Virus record (IMG/VR): IMGVR_UViG_3300021256_002164
Location: 1-64,000 of that record
Reading direction: 5' to 3' (one strand)
DNA from: a virus
Lineage: Duplodnaviria; Heunggongvirae; Uroviricota; Caudoviricetes
Length of the DNA stretch: 64,000 bases
Numbering within the stretch: the stretch's first letter is position 1; every line of letters starts with the position of its first letter. The notes beneath the pieces were generated by a model that did not search any database, had not been told where the DNA came from, and saw only the letters and a program-made list of their open reading frames with translations. Of this stretch, positions 30,701-40,332 are shown one piece after another. A program made the position numbers and the translations under genes.

Positions 30701-31726
30701 TCTACCTTGAATTGTATTTTCTACGCCTTGCGGGCCTTCTCGACCTTGTGTACCAGTAAAACCAATTGGACCTTGAATACCTTGAGCACCCGTTGTACCT
30801 TGAATACCTTGCTTAGAAGATGTAAGGCCAGTTCTGCCTTGAGTTGTATTTTCTACACCTTGCGCACCTTCTCGTCCCTGTGTACCAGTAAAACCAATTG
30901 GACCTTGAATACCTTGAGCTCCTGTTGTACCTTGAATACCTTGCTTAGAAGATGTAAGACCAGTTCTTCCTTGTGTTGTATTTTCTACACCTTGCGGACC
31001 TTCTCGTCCTTGTGTACCAGTAAAACCAATTGGACCTTGAATACCTTGTGCACCTGTTGTACCTTGAATACCTTGTTTAGAAGATGTAAGACCAGTTCTT
31101 CCTTGTGTTGTATTTTCTACACCTTGTGCTCCTTCTCGTCCTTGCGTACCAGTATATCCTGTGGGGCCTTGAATACCTTGAGCACCAGTTCTACCTTGAA
31201 TACCTTGTTTTGATGATGTAAGACCAGTTCTGCCCTGAGTTGTATTTTCTACACCCTGCGCTCCTTCTCGTCCTTGTATACCAGTATGACCTGTTGTACC
31301 TTGTGCTCCTTGTGCTCCAGTTACACCTTGCATACCAATCATACCAATTATACCAGTTCTACCTTGAGCGCCCATAATTCCTCGTACACCAGTTAATCCA
31401 TAATTTCCTCTTAACGGATATCTAGGAACCCATTGAGAACCATTATATGAATATAAATATTCATTATTCTCTTCAACATTTATGAAAATATCTCCTTCTT
31501 GAATATCTTCTGTTGGTTGAGTAGTACCCCAATAACATTTTGATCCTCTCTGTAATGTTGTTTGAATTTTATCAAGTATGTCTTTTTTATTAAAAAATTC
31601 TATACCTTGAGAATAAATAATTCTATTGTCATCAGCAGTTTCAAATAAAATATGATAACTATTTTTATTTTCTGCTACAGCATTTCTAGAAAGTCCTAAT
31701 CTAATATTTTGCTTAATAATACCCAT
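27752..31726 (-). CDS. collagen-like tail fibre protein with C-terminal intramolecular-chaperone (peptidase S74) domain
   Basis: ~100-aa N-terminal head, then ~1070 aa of G-X-Y triplets in ~44-aa tandem units (QGREGAQGVENTTQGRTGLTSSKQGIQGRTGAQGIQGPTGYTGT). C-terminus SDISLKENINPISEEF…GFIAQYLQDIIPEAV…LEDRIQILENK matches the S74 auto-chaperone consensus. Confidence 0.8.
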   Translation of the reverse strand: MGIIKQNIRLGLSRNAVAENKNSYHILFETADDNRIIYSQGIEFFNKKDILDKIQTTLQRGSKCYWGTTQPTEDIQEGDIFINVEENNEYLYSYNGSQWVPRYPLRGNYGLTGVRGIMGAQGRTGIIGMIGMQGVTGAQGAQGTTGHTGIQGREGAQGVENTTQGRTGLTSSKQGIQGRTGAQGIQGPTGYTGTQGREGAQGVENTTQGRTGLTSSKQGIQGTTGAQGIQGPIGFTGTQGREGPQGVENTTQGRTGLTSSKQGIQGTTGAQGIQGPIGFTGTQGREGAQGVENTTQGRTGLTSSKQGIQGTTGAQGIQGPIGFTGTQGREGPQGVENTIQGRTGLTSSKQGIQGRTGAQGIQGPIGYTGIQGREGPQGVENTIQGRTGLTSSKQGIQGRTGAQGIQGPTGYTGTQGREGPQGIENTTQGRTGLTSSKQGIQGRTGAQGIQGPTGYTGTQGREGAQGVENIIQGRTGLTSSKQGIQGRTGAQGIQGPIGFTGIQGREGPQGIENTTQGRTGLTSSKQGIQGTTGAQGIQGPIGFTGTQGREGPQGVENTTQGRTGIKSSTRGIQGPTGTQGAQGPVGYTGTQGREGAQGVENIIQGRTGLTASKQGIQGRTGAQGIQGPTGYTGTQGREGPQGVENTTQGRTGIKSSTMGIQGPTGTQGAQGSRGLTGAQGREGPQGIENTTQGRQGIDGTKRGIQGPTGTQGAQGSRGLTGAQGREGPQGIENTTQGRQGIDGKQGVQGRTGVQGKQGPTGYTGIQGRQGTQGIINNTQGRQGDIGPRGIQGSTGAQGVTGSDWPGIQGRTGAKGLSPQGVTGGIGTKPSTQGTTGAQGPTGSYNQGYDGRKGANGLSPQGITGAVGTKPSAQGTTGAQGPTGSNNQGYAGRKGANGLSIQGATGTTGTKPSAQGTTGAQGPTGSYNQGYTGRNGANGLSIQGTTGTVGTKPSAQGKTGAQGPTGSYNQGYTGRDGALGISPQGVTGSQGTKPSAQGKTGAQGPTGSYNQGYKGRDGALGISPQGVTGLQGTKPSAQGKTGAQGPQGSNNQGDIGRQGKPGATIQGVTGSQGTKPGTQGKTGAQGPQGSNNQGDIGRQGKPGATIQGVTGSQGTKPGTQGTTGAQGPKGDDNRGVQGRTGTAGTAIQGFTGAKGPIAGNAVTGAQGPNGDVYIGSTGVGGNTGALKIYAASPGSNNVYIAGFSGNSAGYKNQIFVSTAYAKSGELFANSDISLKENINPISEEFINKLFNQNDIVYNFDWKGNNRNTNGFIAQYLQDIIPEAVDLNLDTNLYSVNYNSALSKIVGAVFKKIKELEDRIQILENK

Positions 31727-31777
31727 TATTATTTATTCAATAAATATGCTAATATTTTTTATAATATTTAATTAAAA

Positions 31778-31815
31778 ATAAAAAAAACATATGACTTACG
31801 CCATATGTTTATATA
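31778..31815 (-). terminator. Rho-independent terminator
   Basis: aacatatg-acttacgc-catatgtt hairpin; poly-T on the minus strand (aaaaaaaa on plus). Confidence 0.6.
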
Positions 31816-31834
31816 AATTAATATTTAAAATAAA

Positions 31835-32635
31835 TTATAGATTAATAAAATGAGATTCTTTTAATTTATCTGATTTTTCCTCAGATTTTTCTTTTTTATT
31901 TTCAACTAAATCATTCACAAAATCTATTTTTTCAACAGCATCATGAATTTCAGGATCAACCTTGTTTTCTTCATTATATATTTTATCAACGTCTTCTTTT
32001 GAATTTACTACAATTGGTTGTTTAGGACCTATTTCATTATCTATCTTACCAATTTCTGTTTCTTGTAAATTTTTAATTTTTTCATTTAATTTTTCATTTT
32101 GTTCTCTAAGACCTTGATTTTCCATTTGAAGAATTGAATAATCACCTAAAATACTTGGTTGATTTTCTTGTTTATTTTCTTCTTCATTATCTGTTAAATA
32201 ATTTGTAATCATTGAAGTTAAAAGCAATGCACAAACAGGAAGAATAGCACCAACTATATATGTAATAATTACTGTTGTTTGTGCATCTGGTAAATCTGTC
32301 CATATAAATATTGGCTCTTTAAAATACCGAAGGTTTTCAACTGAATTTGTAATTAAATATTTATATGAACTAAATACATTACCAATAACTTGAACTAATG
32401 TAAACATAGTCATTAATACCCATGGCATTACTCTTGACCTATCTTTCTGAGAAGTTAATAAGCTAAATAATACTGCCGCTTGTCCAACTTCAAATGCGAA
32501 AGCTAATATAATACTCATCCATGAATTATTAGCTAATCCAAAAAATGCGCATGCATGCCAAAAACTTGAAAATGCAACTATTAAATATAATATTGCAAAT
32601 AATCCGATATAAATTCCTTTCTTTGTAAATTTCAT
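31835..32635 (-). CDS. integral membrane protein with C-terminal coiled-coil/acidic tail
   Basis: 4–5 predicted TM helices in the N-terminal 150 aa; Glu/Lys-rich coiled coil at the C-terminus. Confidence 0.5.
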   Translation of the reverse strand: MKFTKKGIYIGLFAILYLIVAFSSFWHACAFFGLANNSWMSIILAFAFEVGQAAVLFSLLTSQKDRSRVMPWVLMTMFTLVQVIGNVFSSYKYLITNSVENLRYFKEPIFIWTDLPDAQTTVIITYIVGAILPVCALLLTSMITNYLTDNEEENKQENQPSILGDYSILQMENQGLREQNEKLNEKIKNLQETEIGKIDNEIGPKQPIVVNSKEDVDKIYNEENKVDPEIHDAVEKIDFVNDLVENKKEKSEEKSDKLKESHFINL

Positions 32636-32704
32636 AATGTTAAAAAATAAAGTCCTATTTTTAAAAATAGAACTTTATAATATTTTTATTTATACTTTTA
32701 ATAA

Positions 32705-33868
32705 CTATATTTTAATATGATATGTTTCATAAACTGATTTGCTATTTCTTTCTTGGTCATTTAAACATTCTTGCATTAATGCATATACTTCTTGTAATAG
32801 TTTAAATGTTACTTTATCTTTTTGCAAATAGTTATTAACTTTTGTACAATAATAAGTAATAGATGAATTACTTACATTATATGTTGCTGCGAGTTCTTTA
32901 TTCTTAAGTTTCTCTTTTCCATTAATACCATAGAATCCACACCAGATATTAAATATTTGTTCACCAAATTCTTTCTTAATTCTAGCATAAATTTCTCCCC
33001 AAACTTTATCTAAATCTGCTTTATCTAAAGAAGAGTCAGAATATTCTTGTGAGTCAATAAAGTCAAATACTGTCTTATTACCATCTTCACTATTATTAAT
33101 ACCAACTTTTAAATCGCCAGATACTGTATTAGATTTGGTGTTTTGACCATTTTTCTTTCTCTCTTTATTTAATTGAGATTTAGCAATACGAACTGTACGA
33201 GATTCATGAGCAATTGCATCTAGAATTGTAAATCTAATAATATATGCTGCCCATTGAAGAAAAGATTGAGATGATATATTTTTAGCATCAATATTATCAT
33301 CTTTAATATTTGACTTTTTACCATATGTATTCATTGCATATGTTAATCCATCAAATGCTACGCTCAATAAGTCTTCATAATTTAAATTGCTTTTTCCATA
33401 ATATTGTTTACAAATTTTATGTACAAGTGGAGTATATTTAATAGCAATATTATTTCTAGATTTATCATCTTTAAAATCCATAACAATTAAATCAAGATGA
33501 CAAGTTTTATTGATAATACTATTAAATTGTTCTTTTGTTTGGAATACTGGGATTTCTAAAACTCTATTTTCTTTAACAACTTTTTCAAGTTTATTATAAA
33601 GTTCTGCAAAATCAGACTTATCTGGATAACCTGCATTAAAAAATCCAGCAAGTACGTTTTCTTCATTTGCTGTATCTAAATCAGTAAGATACGAATTATT
33701 ATTAACAATTAAATAATCAATAATATCTTTTGATTCAGGCATTATATATTTATCTGTAATAGCTAAATATTTTTTCAATTGTTCGACTGTTAAATAATTC
33801 AAAGAATTAGGTTGTACTTTAATTGTCAAAGTATTCTTTTTAGGATTTGTTAAAGAAATTTTTTTCAT
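32705..33868 (-). CDS. sigma-70 family RNA polymerase sigma factor
   Basis: Region-2-like YEDLLSVAFDGLTYAMNTY and FLQWAAYIIRFTILDAIAHESRTVRI (cf. TYATWWIRQAI…SRTIRIP); region-4 HTH-like KELAATYNVSNSSITYYCTKVNNYL. Confidence 0.6.
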   Translation of the reverse strand: MKKISLTNPKKNTLTIKVQPNSLNYLTVEQLKKYLAITDKYIMPESKDIIDYLIVNNNSYLTDLDTANEENVLAGFFNAGYPDKSDFAELYNKLEKVVKENRVLEIPVFQTKEQFNSIINKTCHLDLIVMDFKDDKSRNNIAIKYTPLVHKICKQYYGKSNLNYEDLLSVAFDGLTYAMNTYGKKSNIKDDNIDAKNISSQSFLQWAAYIIRFTILDAIAHESRTVRIAKSQLNKERKKNGQNTKSNTVSGDLKVGINNSEDGNKTVFDFIDSQEYSDSSLDKADLDKVWGEIYARIKKEFGEQIFNIWCGFYGINGKEKLKNKELAATYNVSNSSITYYCTKVNNYLQKDKVTFKLLQEVYALMQECLNDQERNSKSVYETYHIKI

Positions 33869-33949
33869 AAAATTAAATAATTATACTAATTAAATCTATT
33901 TTATTAAAAATAATATTATCTCATAAATATAATCATTTTAATATAGGAT

Positions 33950-34483
33950 ATGAAGTTCATAAATTCAATATTAAGTAAATTATTTTCTGCTACTTTAACA
34001 TATAAAATAGGAATGTTATTATATTCATTATATATATTTGCTAGAGATTATGAATATGTATCACCTATAATTTATAGCGATGGATTTTTAAAGATTATTA
34101 AGTCATATTTACATGTAGATTTACAAAAAGATTGGATAGGTCGTTTATATGGAATTATAAATCCAACTATTGATATTGATGGAAAATTTAATGTAAGTAA
34201 TATGATTATAGAAATTGATGGAGATTTGACAAATAATAATGAGCAAGTTTTAAATTGGATTTATAAACAATTGCATTTAGTTCAAGATTTATTTAATTTC
34301 CATAATTTGTATAACTATATTAATTTAGATATCACGCATATTGGTCCAGTTAATGGAGACAATTATTTACTTGTTTTAGATATTGCATCTAGACAATTAC
34401 TTAGTAGATATTTTAAACAAACAATAATTCAATTATTTATTTACGGAATAATTATTGGATTAATATTTTTAATTATTTTATAA
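33950..34483 (+). CDS. hypothetical tail-anchored membrane protein
   Basis: C-terminal TM helix IIQLFIYGIIIGLIFLIIL. Confidence 0.4.
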   Translation: MKFINSILSKLFSATLTYKIGMLLYSLYIFARDYEYVSPIIYSDGFLKIIKSYLHVDLQKDWIGRLYGIINPTIDIDGKFNVSNMIIEIDGDLTNNNEQVLNWIYKQLHLVQDLFNFHNLYNYINLDITHIGPVNGDNYLLVLDIASRQLLSRYFKQTIIQLFIYGIIIGLIFLIIL

Positions 34484-34505
34484 ATATATTACTTTTTATG
34501 TATAC

Positions 34506-35021
34506 ATGAAAGATCTTAAAGAAAAGCAAAAAGAATTAGAAAAGTTTTCTAAGTCACTAAAGGAAAAAACATTAGAAGAATTAGAAAAGATTGAACAAGA
34601 AATTATTGCCGAAGCAGATAAGAACGGTGAAGAACTTGGAAAGATTGAATTTGATATGCCTTCAGAGAATTATGAAGAAGTAGCTGCCGGAGTTCAATAC
34701 TTTTTAAATAAGCAATCAGTTCAATGGCAATATACATTAGGAATGGTAAGTATGTATGATTTTTGGGATCCTGAAAATCGTTCTGAAAAGATTCCATATC
34801 CGCATCTTGACTCTATTCTTCGTACATTAGGTGGACTTCAGTTTACTGGATATAAAGAATGGGCAATGGTTGTTGCTATTAATAAATTCTTTGAGCCCTT
34901 ACAGAAAGCTTATGTTGATGCTACTGAATTAACATATGATATTGCTGCAAAACATGATGTTGTAATGAAAGCAATTGAGTTAGCTACTCCAGTAAATTCT
35001 TCAAAAGAAAAAGAATCCTAA
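34506..35021 (+). CDS. hypothetical protein
   Basis: Acidic coiled-coil N-terminus; no motif identified. Confidence 0.4.
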   Translation: MKDLKEKQKELEKFSKSLKEKTLEELEKIEQEIIAEADKNGEELGKIEFDMPSENYEEVAAGVQYFLNKQSVQWQYTLGMVSMYDFWDPENRSEKIPYPHLDSILRTLGGLQFTGYKEWAMVVAINKFFEPLQKAYVDATELTYDIAAKHDVVMKAIELATPVNSSKEKES

Positions 35022-35100
35022 TTATTAAATCTATTTATAAGGAGGATATAAGAAATTATATTCTCCTTTTTATTTAATTAATGTATAATATATAAAGTCT

Positions 35101-35844
35101 ATGAAAAAATCTCAATGTATTGTTTTAATACCAATTTATCAAGAAGAATTAAATCAATATGAAAAAATGTCAATATATAATACTATTGATAAATTTGATG
35201 GAATATATGATATTTATTACTTAATAGGAAATAATTTTGATATAAATAAGTTTTTTGAAAAAAATAATATTGAAACAAGATACCAAACTAATTATTATAT
35301 ATTTTCGCATATTGAGTTTAATAGTATTTCAGCATATAATACTTTATTGTTATCTCAAAATTTTTATGAGACATTTATAGATAAATATAATTATATATTA
35401 ATTGTTCAAACTGACGCATATGTTTTCGATCAGTTTAAACTTCAAAATTATATTAATAAAGGGTATAATTTTATTGGTGCACCTATTATATTTCCAAATA
35501 CATTAAATAGATTTTCTGTTTTTAAACGAGGTATATATTATAATGGAGGATTATCATTAAGAAATATTAAGTTTTGTTTAGACTCATTACAAGATAAAGA
35601 ATATATTAATTATTTATATTCATATGGATATGTAGATGAAGATATGGTTTTCTCATCATTTGTTCAAGAGTTATATCCATCACCTACATATTTAGAAGCA
35701 TTACAATTTTCAATAGATAATCAAATAGAACTATATGCACCCATATTAGATTTTAAACAACCATTTGGAATTCATCATTTTTTCAATAATGATGATAACC
35801 AGTTTAATAAATTAGAATATATTAAAGATTTAAAATGGATATAA
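35101..35844 (+). CDS. hypothetical protein, possible GT-A-like glycosyltransferase
   Basis: ILIVQTDAYVFDQ (DxD-like) context; weak. Confidence 0.35.
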   Translation: MKKSQCIVLIPIYQEELNQYEKMSIYNTIDKFDGIYDIYYLIGNNFDINKFFEKNNIETRYQTNYYIFSHIEFNSISAYNTLLLSQNFYETFIDKYNYILIVQTDAYVFDQFKLQNYINKGYNFIGAPIIFPNTLNRFSVFKRGIYYNGGLSLRNIKFCLDSLQDKEYINYLYSYGYVDEDMVFSSFVQELYPSPTYLEALQFSIDNQIELYAPILDFKQPFGIHHFFNNDDNQFNKLEYIKDLKWI

Positions 35845-36770
35845 AAACCCAAATACCTAAGACCATAGTATATTATTTCTATATAGATTCTAATGAATTC
35901 TATGAAGTATATAAATTACACTTAGAATGTCTTAAAGTATATAAAGATATTGTCAATAAATATATTATTATTCTAGCTATTAATGACCTTAATGATAATA
36001 TATTAATAGATATTTGGAAAACTAGAATACAAGAATATCTTAATAGTGATAACATAGAATTTCATATTGAGCAAAATTTTCCACAATATAGAGAAGGCAT
36101 ATATTATTTTAAGTATATAATATCAAATCTTCAAAATTATGATGGATTGGTATTATTTGGTCATGGTAAACGTGATTTCTTAGATAATAAGAATAATATA
36201 TATGAATGGATTACATCTTGTCATTATATATTATCTCATGATATTAATTATATTGAAGAAAAACTCATATATGATAAATATTTATTTTTTGGACCTCATA
36301 AATCACAATATTTAATATATCCAAATGTAACTATATACCAAGGTGCATTTTATTGGCTAAATCCTAAAAAAATATATAATACAAATAAAGAAAGTATAGA
36401 TAGATTTATTGACCATATTAATTATTTTTTGAATTTTGTAAATAATTTATCAAATATTGATAATTTTACGATTGAGCAAAGTAAAGTAATATTAATGCTT
36501 GCAGAAAATAATTTTATTCTTAATATAAATAGTGAATATATGGCAGATTATTATCAAAATGAAATTATTCATGTAATGTTAATTGAAACATTTAATAATA
36601 GTACAATGTATTTTCAAGCTTATAGTAAAAATGAGTTCTATACTGAGTCATTTTTAAATATATGTGATAAATTCTATAATCTTGATTTTTTTGATAAAGA
36701 TGATTATTTAAACTATCATAATACTATATTAAATAATATTAATGGCAAGAAAGAAGAAAATACAAATTGA
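35835..36770 (+). CDS. hypothetical protein
   Basis: 311-aa ORF overlapping its neighbours; no motif. Confidence 0.4.
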   Translation: MDIKTQIPKTIVYYFYIDSNEFYEVYKLHLECLKVYKDIVNKYIIILAINDLNDNILIDIWKTRIQEYLNSDNIEFHIEQNFPQYREGIYYFKYIISNLQNYDGLVLFGHGKRDFLDNKNNIYEWITSCHYILSHDINYIEEKLIYDKYLFFGPHKSQYLIYPNVTIYQGAFYWLNPKKIYNTNKESIDRFIDHINYFLNFVNNLSNIDNFTIEQSKVILMLAENNFILNINSEYMADYYQNEIIHVMLIETFNNSTMYFQAYSKNEFYTESFLNICDKFYNLDFFDKDDYLNYHNTILNNINGKKEENTN

Positions 36771-36960
36771 ACCCATATCTAAATTAGGATTTAATGATAA
36801 ATTACATATTTGCTATAATTGTTTATTCAGACATAAAGATACAGGATATTGTCCAATGTATAATGAATATTATAACTATAACCATAAATGTATAACTGAT
36901 AAAGTATTTAGATATAAATTTGAATTAATAGATAAAGGATATAAAAATCCAGAAATATAA
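36742..36960 (+). CDS. small zinc-ribbon protein
   Basis: CYNC…C..Y…HKC cysteine pattern; 72 aa. Confidence 0.35.
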   Translation: MARKKKIQIEPISKLGFNDKLHICYNCLFRHKDTGYCPMYNEYYNYNHKCITDKVFRYKFELIDKGYKNPEI

Positions 36961-36962
36961 TT

Positions 36963-37646
36963 ATGATAGATTGGAATAAGTATTTTGAACACATATTTAT
37001 ATTATCTCGTTGTTCTAATTTCAAACAAAGAGAATTACTTGAAGCTGAATTAAAACGAGTAGGTATAACTAATTATACATTTTGGTATAATATTGATAGT
37101 AATTTAATAGATACTACTCATTTTGTTCCAGAAATGTCTATATCTCAGTGTAGAGCAACATATGGACATTATTCAATTATTAAAATATGCTATGAATTAA
37201 ATTATAATAATGTATTGATTTTAGAAGATGATATTCGATTTTTAAAAGATATAGATAGTATTCAAAATGGTTTAGATGAATTTTTAAATAGTAATTCTGA
37301 TTTTTATTTATTTGATTGGATAACATTAGATAATGTAGTAAATTATTATTTGCTTGATGCATATTATCTTAATCGTAGAGGAATGGAATATTTAATTTAT
37401 TGTATTGAAAATTATCCATTTCATGTTGATTCATATAGTTATCCTACTGTATTAAATAATGATAATAGAGATATAAATAGAATATTTTATGTATATGGTA
37501 AACCATATAATTTTTATATATCTAAAGAATTGAATATACAATTAAATGCAGCAAATAACCGAATATGTGTACAAAATAATCCTACTGTATTTAACCCTAA
37601 TACTAATCCTAATTATAATTTATATAATATTGATAAGAATATATGA
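36963..37646 (+). CDS. glycosyltransferase family 25-like protein (paralog of 18940..19647)
   Basis: MIDWNKYFEHIF… and VLILEDDIRFLKD. Confidence 0.55.
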   Translation: MIDWNKYFEHIFILSRCSNFKQRELLEAELKRVGITNYTFWYNIDSNLIDTTHFVPEMSISQCRATYGHYSIIKICYELNYNNVLILEDDIRFLKDIDSIQNGLDEFLNSNSDFYLFDWITLDNVVNYYLLDAYYLNRRGMEYLIYCIENYPFHVDSYSYPTVLNNDNRDINRIFYVYGKPYNFYISKELNIQLNAANNRICVQNNPTVFNPNTNPNYNLYNIDKNI

Positions 37647-39424
37647 TACATTTTGTATTTTCAAAACAAGACACAAGATATTTATTTCTTAAGTTTGATA
37701 CTAAAGATGATGAAAAGAATCTACATAAATTACAAGCACATATGAATTTAGTAGATCCAATTTGCCATCTACCAACATATACAGGAATTCCATTTACACA
37801 AGATTTTCTTTTTGAATATAAACAAGCAACAGGACAAAAAATATTCTATTGTTCTATAGGATTATGGAAAGTCATATTTGATTTCTTTAAAGAAAATAAT
37901 ATTGAATTTGATGGATTATTAGACCATCAAGAATTTTTTAAGTTACCAATAAAACATACATTTGAAGAATTTAAAGCAATTGTTGATTCTTGGGGATTAA
38001 AGTTGCCACCTCGTCCATACCAATATGAAGCAGCATATAAAATATTACAATGGTATAGTTCAGTTAGCCAATTAGCAACCAGAGCAGGAAAAACATTAAT
38101 AGCTTATATGGTATTTAGATATTCTATGGAGTATTTAGGTGTTAAGAATATATTAATGATTGTTCCTTCTATAGACTTAGTAAAACAAGCATATAATGAT
38201 TTTAATGAATATGCTGAATTTTTTAAGACTGAATGCGTATGGTCAGGTGGTAAATTATTAGAATCATCAAATTTGACAGTAGGTACTTTTCAATCATTAA
38301 TCAAGTTTATCGAAAAACCAAAGAAAGGAAAAATAAATAAAAAGTATAATCCTTCGTTTTTCGATAAGTTTGATTGTGTATTTGTAGATGAAACACATAG
38401 AGCAGCTGCCGATCAAATTAAGACAATTATTAGTCAGCCATTCATGAAAAAAGTTAAAATCAAATTTGGAATGACTGGAACATTACCTAAGCCTAAGACT
38501 ATTGAACATTATTGTATTCATTCTTTATTAGGTGCAAAGATACAGCAAATCAAGCCTAAAGAGTTAATGGATAGTGGATATATATCTCCTGTAGAAATTA
38601 AACAAGTAAGATTATTCTATCAAAATGAAGAAAAGCAAAAAGATATATTTATTAAATGTGCTGAGTATGCTATTTCTGAATTTGTAATGAAGCAAAATGA
38701 GAAAGGAAAAAAAGTTAAAATACCATTAGATAATCCAGAAAATCAAATACAATATGTTAAAACTTTACCTTATATGGTAGCCCAAATTAAATCAAAACTT
38801 TTCTTAAATGATAATTCAATAGGACATTATCAAAAAGCTCAATGGGATTATATTACTTATCTTCGTAAACATATTGCTGCAGATACTGCTACTAATTCAT
38901 TATTTGTTGAACGTATGATGACTCATTTCTTTAATGAGAGAATTGAATATCTATGTGAAAAAATATTACCTAATTGTGTAAATAATACTTTAATACTTGG
39001 ACACCATACCGAGTATCTTAAAAAATTATTTAATATATTAACTGAGAGGTTTCCTAATAAGCATATTGATATTATTACAGGTTCAGTAAGTGCTAAGAAA
39101 CGAGATAAAATAAAACAAATGCTTAAAGATAATGATGATTGTATCTTAATAGGTTCTTATGGATGCATGTCGACAGGTATTACTTTGAATAACCTTTGCT
39201 ATGGAGTATTATTTGAATCATTTAAATCTAATGTAGTAAATATGCAATCAATTGGTAGAGGATTAGGATTAAGTGATATTAAGAATAAATATATATTATA
39301 TGATATTATTGATTGTTTTAATCCTACTATAACACCAAAGAAAATATATTTACAAGGATTAGCAAAAATAAAGATATATGATGAAGAGCAATATCCTTAT
39401 AAAATTATTAATGTAAATATTTAA
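37643..39424 (+). CDS. superfamily-2 DExH helicase/translocase
   Basis: Motif I ATRAGKT, motif II VFVDETHR, motif III-like GMTGTL, C-terminal RecA2 motifs (LILGHH…, QSIGRGLG). Confidence 0.65.
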   Translation: MIHFVFSKQDTRYLFLKFDTKDDEKNLHKLQAHMNLVDPICHLPTYTGIPFTQDFLFEYKQATGQKIFYCSIGLWKVIFDFFKENNIEFDGLLDHQEFFKLPIKHTFEEFKAIVDSWGLKLPPRPYQYEAAYKILQWYSSVSQLATRAGKTLIAYMVFRYSMEYLGVKNILMIVPSIDLVKQAYNDFNEYAEFFKTECVWSGGKLLESSNLTVGTFQSLIKFIEKPKKGKINKKYNPSFFDKFDCVFVDETHRAAADQIKTIISQPFMKKVKIKFGMTGTLPKPKTIEHYCIHSLLGAKIQQIKPKELMDSGYISPVEIKQVRLFYQNEEKQKDIFIKCAEYAISEFVMKQNEKGKKVKIPLDNPENQIQYVKTLPYMVAQIKSKLFLNDNSIGHYQKAQWDYITYLRKHIAADTATNSLFVERMMTHFFNERIEYLCEKILPNCVNNTLILGHHTEYLKKLFNILTERFPNKHIDIITGSVSAKKRDKIKQMLKDNDDCILIGSYGCMSTGITLNNLCYGVLFESFKSNVVNMQSIGRGLGLSDIKNKYILYDIIDCFNPTITPKKIYLQGLAKIKIYDEEQYPYKIINVNI

Positions 39425-39473
39425 ATATTATATAAATTTTATCTATATTAGAATTGTACTGATTATAATATAT

Positions 39474-40061
39474 ATGAGTAAACCAATAAAAAATATACTT
39501 TGTTATTCTCATTATGATTTTGATAATATAATGAGAAAGAATAATTGGATTGATTTTCCTGGTGAAGGAATATCTTGTATATCTATATGTTCTCCAAATG
39601 AAGGTGACTTAGCTGAACATTGGTTTAAATATGATGTAAATACTTTTAAAGTTCATGGAAAACATGTCTTTAATCTTGATATTGATGATTGCGGTCCTTA
39701 TTGGTTTGGGTCATCTGAAAATTTTTGTTATGATAAATCTCTTGAATTATATTTAAATAAGAAAATTCAAAAGTCAAACAATTATTTTAATTATGAGAAT
39801 TTGCACATATTAAATTATGAGGAAGCATTTAGATTAGTAAATTGGATTGATTTTGAAATTACTCATAATCATACATTTTATATTCATTGTGCAGTTGGTG
39901 TAAGTCGTAGTCAGGGTGTTGTAAGATATATTCTTGATACTTATGGTAATGAATTTGATATTAAAACAAATCCAGATAATCCATGTATTGTACCTAATGC
40001 CCATATAGTAATGATGTTAAAGAGAGCATATCGTCAATTATTCTATAATGATATATATTAA
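39474..40061 (+). CDS. dual-specificity / protein-tyrosine phosphatase
   Basis: Cx5R signature HCAVGVSRSQG. Confidence 0.65.
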   Translation: MSKPIKNILCYSHYDFDNIMRKNNWIDFPGEGISCISICSPNEGDLAEHWFKYDVNTFKVHGKHVFNLDIDDCGPYWFGSSENFCYDKSLELYLNKKIQKSNNYFNYENLHILNYEEAFRLVNWIDFEITHNHTFYIHCAVGVSRSQGVVRYILDTYGNEFDIKTNPDNPCIVPNAHIVMMLKRAYRQLFYNDIY

Positions 40062-40311
40062 TTTAAAATTTATGAAGAAAATTATATTGACAATTATTTT
40101 TTCAATACTTTTAATTAACTGTAATAATTTTAGATGTGATCAAAAAACAGGTATTATAATTAAAAAAGATACGATATTACGGTATGACCCGGTTGTTCAT
40201 ATGCTTACAGATATATATAAATATCAAATTAATATTAATGATACAATAGTTAGTATAGAAACTGATGCAATTTATAATACTGGTGATACATTAACATTTT
40301 ATATTTATTAA
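40048..40311 (+). CDS. small secreted protein
   Basis: N-terminal signal-like hydrophobic segment; 87 aa. Confidence 0.35.
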   Translation: MIYINLKFMKKIILTIIFSILLINCNNFRCDQKTGIIIKKDTILRYDPVVHMLTDIYKYQININDTIVSIETDAIYNTGDTLTFYIY

Positions 40312-40332
40312 ATTTATATTATAAGTTAAATT

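Noticed and set aside
29354-31213. 619-aa + strand ORF (Ser/Thr/Leu/Cys-rich) overlapping the collagen-like gene
   Set aside because: Antisense reading of the G-X-Y tandem repeats; low-complexity artefact with no start or regulatory context. The minus-strand collagen ORF is the real gene.
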